Shown piece after piece: positions 36,614-44,901 of a DNA stretch of 64,000 nt. Location of the stretch: positions 1 through 64,000 of the forward strand of contig JBKQWE010000085.1 in the NCBI GenBank assembly GCA_052139675.1, given 5' to 3'. This DNA is from Candidatus Brocadiia bacterium (GTDB lineage: Bacteria > Planctomycetota > Brocadiia > CAIUPP01). Below the pieces are notes generated by a model that was not told where the DNA came from, did not search any database, and saw only the letters and a list, made by a program, of their open reading frames with translations. Every line of letters starts with the position of its first letter. Position 1 is the first letter of the stretch. Made by a program: the position numbers and the translations under genes.

Positions 36614-38034
36614 CGCCGGCGACTGCCCTCGACGCGGCGCCCGGGGCGCGGCGCCGCGTTTCGGTGGTCATGATCATCGCGATCGCGGCGCTGCTGGCGG
36701 CCGAGTTGTATTACGGTTGGATCGCCTGGTCGCAGCAGGCTTCGCACCACACTTTCCCGCACGACGTGGGGCTGATTGATTACAGCCTGCACTGGACGCT
36801 CCACGGGCGGTTCATGTACTCGCCGCTGATCGGCCGGAGCCACTTCGGCGTGCACTTCACGCCGACGCTGCTCCTGGCGCTGCCGTTCTACGCGCTGCGC
36901 GACGGCCCGCTGACGCTGCTGCTGTTCCAGAGCGCCCTTCTCGCGGGCGCCGCCGCGCCGCTTTTCCTGCTGGCCCGCCACGCCACGAACAGCCGCGCGC
37001 TGGCGGCGCTGACGGCGGGGCTGTACCTGGTGAATTACTACGTCGGCTGCATTCACCAGGCGTCGCACTACGAGGCGCTGCTGCCCTTCTGCGCGTTCAG
37101 CGCGATGTACTGCGCGCTGGCCGGGCATCGCAGGGCATACTGGATTTTCCTGGTCCTGGCGCTCGGGGTGAAGACGGACGTGGCGCTGTACATGGTCCCG
37201 TTCGGCCTGTACCTGCTGCTGGCGCAGCGCGACCGGCGGCTGGGCTGGGGGACCATGGGCCTGTCGCTGGCATGGTTCCTGCTGGCTGCGGCGGTCACTC
37301 GCGCGTTCGCGCCGGCGGGCGCGACGCCGGCGTACCTGAAGTTCTACGGAGTCTACGGCGACAGTCTGCCGGCGATCGCGCTGGACATCCTGGCGCATCC
37401 AGGGCGCATTCCGCTGTCGCTGGTTTCACGGCCGCTGCTGACGCTGCTGGCGACGTGCGGGTTCCTGTTCCTGGCGGACTGGCGCAGCGCGCTGCTGATT
37501 CTGCCTCCGGCGGCGGTGGTGCTGCTTTCACCGGACCCGGACTTCCGGATGCTGGCGTATTACCGCAGCGCGCCGATCATCCCCTTCCTGTTCTTCGCGA
37601 CCGCGCTCGGAGCGGCGCAGTTGGCCCGCGGGCCGCGGCCGGCGAAGGGCCTCCTGATCGCGTTCATGGCGGCGCTGCTCGCGGTGAACGGAGTGATCTG
37701 GCTGACGCAGCCGACGCTCTCGAACGGGTTCCCCATGCGGCCGTTCGAGGTCACGGCGCGGGAGCGCGCGGCGGCGGATATCGCGCGCCGGCTCCTGCCG
37801 CTGGACGGGCGGCTGGCCGTCCAATGGGATTTGTATTGCCAGGTTCCGCACCGCGCGGAGATCGCGTTGCTGGACGATTACGCCGATGCGGACTACCTGT
37901 TCGTGGACTTGAAGGGCAACCTCGGTCCGACGCCGCCGGCGGTGGCCTGGCACGCGCTCGGGGCGGCGCGGGCGGACATGGATATCCTGGCGGACGAGGA
38001 CGGCCTCATCCTGGCGCGCCGCCGGCCTCACTGA
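36610..38034 (+). CDS. Polytopic membrane protein (DUF2079-like)
   Basis: 474 aa with more than 10 TM helices. ATGA overlap with the upstream gene's stop indicates translational coupling. Confidence 0.5.
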   Translation: MTPATALDAAPGARRRVSVVMIIAIAALLAAELYYGWIAWSQQASHHTFPHDVGLIDYSLHWTLHGRFMYSPLIGRSHFGVHFTPTLLLALPFYALRDGPLTLLLFQSALLAGAAAPLFLLARHATNSRALAALTAGLYLVNYYVGCIHQASHYEALLPFCAFSAMYCALAGHRRAYWIFLVLALGVKTDVALYMVPFGLYLLLAQRDRRLGWGTMGLSLAWFLLAAAVTRAFAPAGATPAYLKFYGVYGDSLPAIALDILAHPGRIPLSLVSRPLLTLLATCGFLFLADWRSALLILPPAAVVLLSPDPDFRMLAYYRSAPIIPFLFFATALGAAQLARGPRPAKGLLIAFMAALLAVNGVIWLTQPTLSNGFPMRPFEVTARERAAADIARRLLPLDGRLAVQWDLYCQVPHRAEIALLDDYADADYLFVDLKGNLGPTPPAVAWHALGAARADMDILADEDGLILARRRPH

Positions 38035-38534
38035 GTTTCGGAGTCCGCCTCATCGTCGGGCGCCGCCTCGGCGTCGCCTTCAGGGCCGTCTTCCACTTCC
38101 TCCAAGGGCCTTGGTTTCAGAGCCTCCTGGATGATTTCTTTTGCCCGTTCCACGTCCTGCTCCCGCACGAGAATCCGTCCCCAGCCATACTGAGCCGCCA
38201 AGGCTCCATCGTAGGGGCTTCTCTGAAAGTCATCGGCGAGATACCGGATGCCTGCCTCGTCGAGTGCGGCTTTGGCGACCGCTGCCTCCACCGCTTCGTG
38301 AAAGACCCACTCGACGGTGAAATGGCTCGTTGAATCTTGCTCTGCTGTCTTAGCGTCTTGGAGAGGTTCGAATTCCGCTTCGCCGGGCACCGTGATCGCT
38401 TTCCCGCACGCCGGGCAGTAGTCTCTGGAACCGGCATCATTCAGGAGCGACTCAATCGGGTGCCCGCATTCTGGACAGCGATAGGCCACGCAGCGCCCTT
38501 CCTCCTCCTTCTGAATCTCGTAGTCCTTGCCCAT
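38028..38534 (-). CDS. Zinc-ribbon plus DUF2007-like small protein
   Basis: CPECGHP...CPACGK zinc ribbon, then a C-terminal domain (WVFHEAVEAAVAKAALDEAGIRY...GWGRILVREQDVERAKEI) resembling DUF2007. Acidic tail. Confidence 0.45.
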   Translation of the reverse strand: MGKDYEIQKEEEGRCVAYRCPECGHPIESLLNDAGSRDYCPACGKAITVPGEAEFEPLQDAKTAEQDSTSHFTVEWVFHEAVEAAVAKAALDEAGIRYLADDFQRSPYDGALAAQYGWGRILVREQDVERAKEIIQEALKPRPLEEVEDGPEGDAEAAPDDEADSETQ

Positions 38535-38785
38535 TTGTATGCTCCCTCTCTGCCTGCAATCTCTGAGCGAAAGGACGGCGTTTTTGCTCCTGGCCGAGAT
38601 TCCCTGATGAACCGATGGCTTCCCGACCTGGAGCCGCCGTGAATCATAACCGTCTTGAACTCGTTCTACAAGGGGTTTGCCGACCGCGAGAGAGCTTCCA
38701 GATATTGCTCTGCCGGGGGAGTAGCCACGTTCAGGTGCGGCTGTGTAGAATGGAAGGCGGCACAGGGCAACGGAGCAAGACCAGC

Positions 38786-39709
38786 ATGCAAAAACTGGAC
38801 CTCGACATTCCGTCCCGGTATCGCCCGCTCCTTCGGGTCGGCACCTGCTCGTGGAAGTACGAGGGCTGGAAGGGGCTGATTTACCGGAAGGGGGTCCGGT
38901 ACGCTGCGAACGACTATCTTGCCGACTACGCAAAATTCTTCAATACCGTCGAGGTTGACCAGTGGTTCTGGAGCCTGTTCCCATCGGGCGTGAAGCTGCC
39001 CGAGCCGGCGACGGTGAAGGAGTACGCTCAGAGCGTTCCCGACGACTTCGTCTTCACGGTCAAGGCGGCCAACGCCCTCACGCTGACGCACCACTACGCC
39101 AGGCAGGCGAAGGGGCATTCCGACTTCGCCAACAAACCCAATCCCGATTTCCTGAGCGCCGACCTGCTGAAGCGTTTTCTGGACTCCCTCGCTCCGATGG
39201 ACGGGAAGCTCGGCCCCATCATGTTCCAGTTCGAGTACCTGAACAAGTCCAAGATGCCAGGCCTGAAGGCGTTTCTTGACCGGCTGCACGAATTCTTCGT
39301 CAAGGCCCCGAAGGAGTTCGGCTACGCGATCGAGACGCGGAATCCCAACTACTTGTCAAAGGCGTTCTTCGATTTCCTTCGGGAGCACAAGCTGGGATAC
39401 GTTTTCCTGGAAGGCTACTACATGCCGCACATCGCCGAGGTCTTCAGCCAGCACGACACGACCACGCCTGCCGGCACGATTGTCCGGTTGCATGGCCCCG
39501 ACCGGCAGGCGATGGAGGAAGCGACGGATTCCGCGTGGGACAGCATCGTTGAACCGAGGCCGGAGAGCATTCGGGCGGCGGTGAAAATCCTCCGCGCGAA
39601 CCTGCGGCTCGGGCACAAAGTTTTTGTCAACATCAATAACCATTTCGAGGGATGCGCACCTCTGACGGCGGCGAGCCTTGTGAAGTTGCTCCGTGGCCCG
39701 GCAGGTTGA
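38786..39709 (+). CDS. DUF72 family protein
   Basis: LRVGTCSWKYEGWKGLIY...FNTVEVDQWFW... matches the DUF72 N-terminal pattern. 307 aa. Confidence 0.75.
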   Translation: MQKLDLDIPSRYRPLLRVGTCSWKYEGWKGLIYRKGVRYAANDYLADYAKFFNTVEVDQWFWSLFPSGVKLPEPATVKEYAQSVPDDFVFTVKAANALTLTHHYARQAKGHSDFANKPNPDFLSADLLKRFLDSLAPMDGKLGPIMFQFEYLNKSKMPGLKAFLDRLHEFFVKAPKEFGYAIETRNPNYLSKAFFDFLREHKLGYVFLEGYYMPHIAEVFSQHDTTTPAGTIVRLHGPDRQAMEEATDSAWDSIVEPRPESIRAAVKILRANLRLGHKVFVNINNHFEGCAPLTAASLVKLLRGPAG

Positions 39710-39799
39710 CCGGCAAGGCCCATCGAGAGAACGGGCGGAGTTCCGTGCCGGGCGTTTGACGGTCCTGCGATGCTTGGGATAGCATGTCCAGCGGCGCGA

Positions 39800-40366
39800 A
39801 TGAAAAGGAATCCGGCTGTGCGAATCGTGACCGGCAAACAGCGGACGGAAATTACGCAGTTCTTCGGGCAGATGCGGGACACCGCGCGTCTGCACTTCGA
39901 GCGGGACGCCTTCTGCGAACCGGTGGCGCTCTTCCTCCAGGACCAGGCCGTCTCCGTGCTGCCGCTGCGGGAGTTCATCAACGACAAGGACGCCGCCTCC
40001 GCCATCCTCAACAAGGCCATCGAGGCTGTTCAGCCGCTGGCCTTCGTCCTCATCACGGAGGCATGGATGGCGAAGGCCGACGAGCAGCCCGCAGACGCCG
40101 GCGGAAAGCCGGTTGACTTGCGGGAGAAGTACCAGGGGCATCTGACGGAGACGACGCCCGGCGGCGATGCGACGCCGAAGCAGGGCGTCAAGGAAGTGGT
40201 GATGCTGCAATGCTCATCCGTGGCGGGCGACAACTTCATGCTGACCGCGGACATCGTCCGGGCTGAAGGGGCCGCGCCTGCCCTGATGCCGTGGGTGCAG
40301 ACCGAGAACGTCCGCGCCGAGGGCCGGTTCATCTTCGACGTGACGCCGTTGGTGGAGCGGCAGTAG
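39800..40366 (+). CDS. Hypothetical protein
   Basis: 188 aa, balanced composition, no recognised domain. Confidence 0.35.
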   Translation: MKRNPAVRIVTGKQRTEITQFFGQMRDTARLHFERDAFCEPVALFLQDQAVSVLPLREFINDKDAASAILNKAIEAVQPLAFVLITEAWMAKADEQPADAGGKPVDLREKYQGHLTETTPGGDATPKQGVKEVVMLQCSSVAGDNFMLTADIVRAEGAAPALMPWVQTENVRAEGRFIFDVTPLVERQ

Positions 40367-40452
40367 CGCCGCCGCGGCAGGTTGACTGGCCCGCGTCCTT
40401 GTGGTAATCACGGGCGACGACGGCGGGATTCGAGACATCTGAAAGGGCCGAC

Positions 40453-41730
40453 ATGTCACATAGATTATACGGCGGCGCGGTATGCGGGCTGCTCCTCGCG
40501 TGGATTCTGCCCGGTGGCTTTTCCATCGCCCAGGGCCAGCCGAAGGGCGAGGCGCCAGGAGCGGCCGCGCAGGCGAGCGCCCGCATGGATCCGACGGTCG
40601 CCAAAGAGTGGATGCAGCGTTGGAAGCAGAGCATCATCAGCGACGGCCGCGACCGCCCCTGCGATAAGGAAATGGGCGAGGAGATCGGCTGGCTCGTCAG
40701 CCCGTTCCTGAACGGGTACTACTACGGCTGCCTGGCCACGGGCGACCGCGAGTGGGTGGACCGGCTGATAGATTGGACGGACTCCGTCATCAAGCGCGGC
40801 GTGAAGGAGCCGGACGGATATATCGGCTGGCCCAAGGAAGAGGAGGAGGGCGTCCTCGACTATCTTCCCGCCGGCGTCGCGGAGCGCTACACGGATGTGG
40901 AGGTGGGCGATGCGCTGTTCCTTCGCCCGGTGGCGCTGATGGCCGGCGAGATTCTCAAGACGCCGGCCCTGAAGGAAAAGTACGGCGCCAAGGCCGAGGA
41001 ATACCTTCAACTCGCCGAGCGAACCTTCGAGAAATGGAACTCGCGCGGCGCCTGGCGCGATACGAAGGAAGGCGGCATCTGGGTCGTTCCGCAATTCGCG
41101 CTTGACCCCAAGACCGGCCAGTGGACCGACGGATATGAACTCAGGAAGACCGAGGGCAACTCCCTGCCGGACAACAAGGAAAACATCATCGCCGAGTGGA
41201 TGCTCGCCATGTACGACGCGACACACAAGCCCATCTACAAGGAGCGCGCGGAGAAGTGGTTCCAGGTGATGAAGTCCCGCATGAAGCTCCGCGACGACGG
41301 CAAGTATTTCGTCTGGGATTACTGGGACCCGGGCGTGCCGTGGGACACCAATGCGGATGGCTCTCTCAAGCACTGGGTGGGCGTGCACCCGAACGGCGGG
41401 TATTACCTGACGGATGTCACGGCGATCGTGGCGGCGTACGAACACGGCCTGGTTTTCACCAGGGAGGACATCGCGCGCCTCATCGCCACCAACCGGGATT
41501 TCATGTGGAACCAGCAGATCAAGGGTGCAAAGTTCCAGCGGATAGACGGCGAAAAGGCCGACCCGCGATGGGCAAATTCGCCGGGGCTGCTCTGGACTCC
41601 CTTGGCGCCCTATGACCCGACGCTGCGGAAGATTTTTGAAGCGAACCATAATCCGGGCGGCTGGGGCGGATTGACCGCCACGCCGCAATGGGTCGCCCGC
41701 TTCGGCCGAACGTCCGAAGCCGCTCAGTAA
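40453..41730 (+). CDS. Secreted hypothetical protein (possible alpha/alpha-toroid polysaccharide-active enzyme)
   Basis: Signal peptide LLLAWILPGGFSIAQG. W/Y-rich body, 425 aa. Confidence 0.45.
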   Translation: MSHRLYGGAVCGLLLAWILPGGFSIAQGQPKGEAPGAAAQASARMDPTVAKEWMQRWKQSIISDGRDRPCDKEMGEEIGWLVSPFLNGYYYGCLATGDREWVDRLIDWTDSVIKRGVKEPDGYIGWPKEEEEGVLDYLPAGVAERYTDVEVGDALFLRPVALMAGEILKTPALKEKYGAKAEEYLQLAERTFEKWNSRGAWRDTKEGGIWVVPQFALDPKTGQWTDGYELRKTEGNSLPDNKENIIAEWMLAMYDATHKPIYKERAEKWFQVMKSRMKLRDDGKYFVWDYWDPGVPWDTNADGSLKHWVGVHPNGGYYLTDVTAIVAAYEHGLVFTREDIARLIATNRDFMWNQQIKGAKFQRIDGEKADPRWANSPGLLWTPLAPYDPTLRKIFEANHNPGGWGGLTATPQWVARFGRTSEAAQ

Positions 41731-41763
41731 GCGGCCTCGTCGAATTCCACTCCGGAAGGCGTC

Positions 41764-44577
41764 ATGCGCGCAGCGGCAGCCATTTGCTTCCTGGCCGTTC
41801 TCGGCGTCACCGCCGGATGCTCAAGAGCGAATTATGCGCCCGCGGCGTCCCGGAAACTCGCGGAGGGTCCAGGCATGCACGATCTTGCCGGCCATGATCC
41901 CGCGCCGCTGGATCTGCGCCGCCTCTACCCGGCGCAGAACGGAGAAGTCGCGCCGCCCTCGGGTTTCGCGGGCGACGTTAGCGCCGACATCAGCGCCGAT
42001 CATGCAACGCTGACCTACAGCGGCCCCGACGGGAAGCTGGAATATCAATGGTCCGCGCCGGCCGCAGCCGGCGATCCGCCGCTCGGCGCCTGGCGATTGC
42101 GGGCGACGCCGCACGGCGCGAAAGAACCCGCTATCGTTCCGCTGGCGGCCGACGCGCGCCTGGAATGGGCGCAGACCGCCGCCTTCAAGGGCTGCCGTCT
42201 GGAGGCGTCGCCCGGCGGGGCCGCCTGCGTTTCAACGTATGAGGTGAACGGGCAAACCGCGACGCTCCGCTGCACGGCGCAGTTGATCGGGAAAAGCCTG
42301 GTGCTGGAGGTGAGCTGCGACGCGCCGCAAATCGCCGCCTTCGACGCCGGGCGCTGGGGGCCGGCGCCGCGTCAACGGGACGTGACCGTGCCTTACTACT
42401 CCGGCAAGGTGTTCTATCTCGAGCAGGAGAACCTGTTCGTCAGCACGTTTCTCGATTGGACGAAATCGTCGGCCTCCGATCTCCAAAACACACGCGCCGT
42501 CTATGGCGCCCTGACGGACGGCAGCCGCGTGCCGCTGCACGAGCGCGCCGTGTTCTGTGCCGCCTGGCAGGCGGCGGAAACCCTGCCCAACATCCCGAAT
42601 CCGCCCTCGCCGTTCCGCGGTCACCTGGCGGGCAGGATCGTGCTCGACATCTGGGGCGGCCGTTTCGACGACATCGCGCGCAACCTGGAAACGCTGCACG
42701 GTTACGGGCTGAATAACTGCGTCGCCGTCATTCATAACTGGCAGCGCAGCGGCTATGACAACGCGCTCCCCGCGCATGTCCCGGCCAATCCCGACCTGGG
42801 CGGCGGCGCCGCGATGAAGCGCCTGGTCGCCACCGCAAAAAGCCTGGGCTACGACATCGCCCTGCATGAGAACTACGTGGATTACTACCCAAATTATGAA
42901 GGGTTCGATGACGCCGACGTGGCGCTCGACTCGCAGGGGCATCGCGTGCTGGCGTGGTATCAGCCGCAGACGAAGATGCAGTCGTTCGCGATTCAGCCGC
43001 ACTCGATCCTGCCTCTGGCGACGGAACAGAGTTCGCAGATCCTGGCCCTCTACGAACCGAACGCTGATTTTCTGGACGTGCATTCCTCCGTGCCGCCCTG
43101 GTTCCACGTGGACTTCCGCGCCGGAGCGGAAGGCGCGGGAACGTTTCATATCGTTTGGGAGACGCATCGCCGATTGTGGGCATTCGAGCGCGGGCTCTAC
43201 GGCGGGCCGGTACTCGGTGAGGGCGCCAATCACTGGTTCTGGAGCGGGCTGCTCGACGGCGTCGAAGCGCAATTCCGGCTCGGCGTGCCCGAGAACGCCG
43301 GCCGGACCGCTCCGCTGATGGTGGACTTCGACCTCCTGAAAATTCATCCGCTGCAGTTCAATCACGGCATGGGCTACTACGAGCGCTGGTGGAGCGACCG
43401 AAACTGGGGCGCGCTGCCGCCGATGGAACTCCTCGACCAGTACCGGATGCAGGAAGTCATTTACGGCCACGCCGGCTTTCTGGGCACCGCCGCGTACTCG
43501 GTCGTGCCGCTGGCGTGGCTCGAACATCACTTGATGTCGCCGGTCACCGCGCGTTATGCGACCGCGCTTCCGGTCAGCATTCAATACCAGGTGAACGGCT
43601 GCTGGGTGGACGGCACGCAGGCGGCCCGCGCCGGGAACTGGAAACGCGTCCGCGTCGCTTATGACAACGGGCTCACCGTGACCGCCAACGACGATGCGGA
43701 ACCGTTGCGCGATGGCGATTTCACCCTGCCGCAATACGGCTGGGCGGCGAGCGGCGCAGGCGTCACGGCCTGGACGGCGCTGCTGCAGGGCGTCATCGCC
43801 GACTACGCGCGCACGGACGACAGCACCTTCGCCAACGCCCGCGCCGCGTCGGATTGGGACCAGGGCGGAGTTCATCGCATCCGCCCGACGGTTGCGGAAT
43901 TCCGGCAGACCGGCGAACGATCCTTCGCGCTCAGCTACGAATGGCGCGTCGAGGAAACCCTGCCGCGCGATTATAACTGCTTCGTCCACTTCGTCACCCG
44001 CGGCGGCAGCGGCGATAACATCTCGTTCCAGAACGATCACGTCCTGCCGCGCGCCAGCTCAACATGGAAGGCCGGCGAAACGCTGCGCGACGGCCCGCAT
44101 GACATTCGGCTGCCGGACGATCTGCCCGACGGCGACTACGGCGTGCGCATCGGATTATTTTTGCCGGACGAGGAGCGCCTGACGTTGCAGGGGCGCAACG
44201 ACGGACGCGGCCGCATCCGAGCGGGAGCGCTGCACGTGCGCGATCACGGACGGGACATCTCCTTTGAGCCCGAACCGCCCGCGCCCGAGGGCAGCGCCGA
44301 CATTTATCAGCACCGGCTGAACGCCGGCGGCAAGGTGCTCGACTTCGGCGACGTGCGCACCGACGGCAGCGTGCTCGTGCGGCGCGAAGACGGCGAATGG
44401 GTGCTGCGCGCCCTGCCGCGCGCAAGGGACTTCTTCATTGAATTAAGCGCCGCGCGTTTCGGCCGCCCGGCGAGCGTGCGTTGCGAGGATGGCCCGGCGC
44501 CCACGGCGGAAATGCAGGCGCGCGGCGACTGGTGGCAGTTGAAGTTGAACGGCGCGCGCGAATACCGCTGGAAATGA
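41764..44577 (+). CDS. Large hypothetical lipoprotein (putative carbohydrate-active)
   Basis: Lipobox LGVTAGCS. 937 aa, aromatic-rich, with no repeats. Confidence 0.5.
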   Translation: MRAAAAICFLAVLGVTAGCSRANYAPAASRKLAEGPGMHDLAGHDPAPLDLRRLYPAQNGEVAPPSGFAGDVSADISADHATLTYSGPDGKLEYQWSAPAAAGDPPLGAWRLRATPHGAKEPAIVPLAADARLEWAQTAAFKGCRLEASPGGAACVSTYEVNGQTATLRCTAQLIGKSLVLEVSCDAPQIAAFDAGRWGPAPRQRDVTVPYYSGKVFYLEQENLFVSTFLDWTKSSASDLQNTRAVYGALTDGSRVPLHERAVFCAAWQAAETLPNIPNPPSPFRGHLAGRIVLDIWGGRFDDIARNLETLHGYGLNNCVAVIHNWQRSGYDNALPAHVPANPDLGGGAAMKRLVATAKSLGYDIALHENYVDYYPNYEGFDDADVALDSQGHRVLAWYQPQTKMQSFAIQPHSILPLATEQSSQILALYEPNADFLDVHSSVPPWFHVDFRAGAEGAGTFHIVWETHRRLWAFERGLYGGPVLGEGANHWFWSGLLDGVEAQFRLGVPENAGRTAPLMVDFDLLKIHPLQFNHGMGYYERWWSDRNWGALPPMELLDQYRMQEVIYGHAGFLGTAAYSVVPLAWLEHHLMSPVTARYATALPVSIQYQVNGCWVDGTQAARAGNWKRVRVAYDNGLTVTANDDAEPLRDGDFTLPQYGWAASGAGVTAWTALLQGVIADYARTDDSTFANARAASDWDQGGVHRIRPTVAEFRQTGERSFALSYEWRVEETLPRDYNCFVHFVTRGGSGDNISFQNDHVLPRASSTWKAGETLRDGPHDIRLPDDLPDGDYGVRIGLFLPDEERLTLQGRNDGRGRIRAGALHVRDHGRDISFEPEPPAPEGSADIYQHRLNAGGKVLDFGDVRTDGSVLVRREDGEWVLRALPRARDFFIELSAARFGRPASVRCEDGPAPTAEMQARGDWWQLKLNGAREYRWK

Positions 44578-44589
44578 CCGCGCGGGCCT

Positions 44590-44900
44590 GTCGCTCAGAA
44601 TAAACGGGGCAGAGCCTATCACGACAGCACGAGCGCCGCTTCGAGGTTCCGCTAGGTACGATACGTACCTAGTGGACAGCTCCCCGGAGCAGCGCCAACG
44701 GCCCGCGTCCGAGCCTGCCGTGGTCTTCGCATCGCTCAGAATAAACGAGCTCGAGCATCTCGTGTGAGCGCGGGCACCATTTTCGCTGCTCCACTAGTTA
44801 CGATACGTAACTACCGGGATCCCCTGAAACGGCGGCAACGTCCCGCGTCATAGTCCCTGCGGGCTTTTCGATTCGCTCTGAATGAACGAACATTGTGAAA
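44590..44900. repeat. Tandem roughly 140-bp repeat array (about 2.3 units) in a convergent intergenic gap
   Basis: Units start with tcgctcagaataaacg (44590, 44732) and tcgctctgaatgaacg (44871). Each full unit carries a palindrome (ctaggtacgatacgtacctag at 44652; ctagttacgatacgtaactac at 44795) and ggcaacgNcccgcgtc. Confidence 0.6.
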
Positions 44901-44901
44901 G

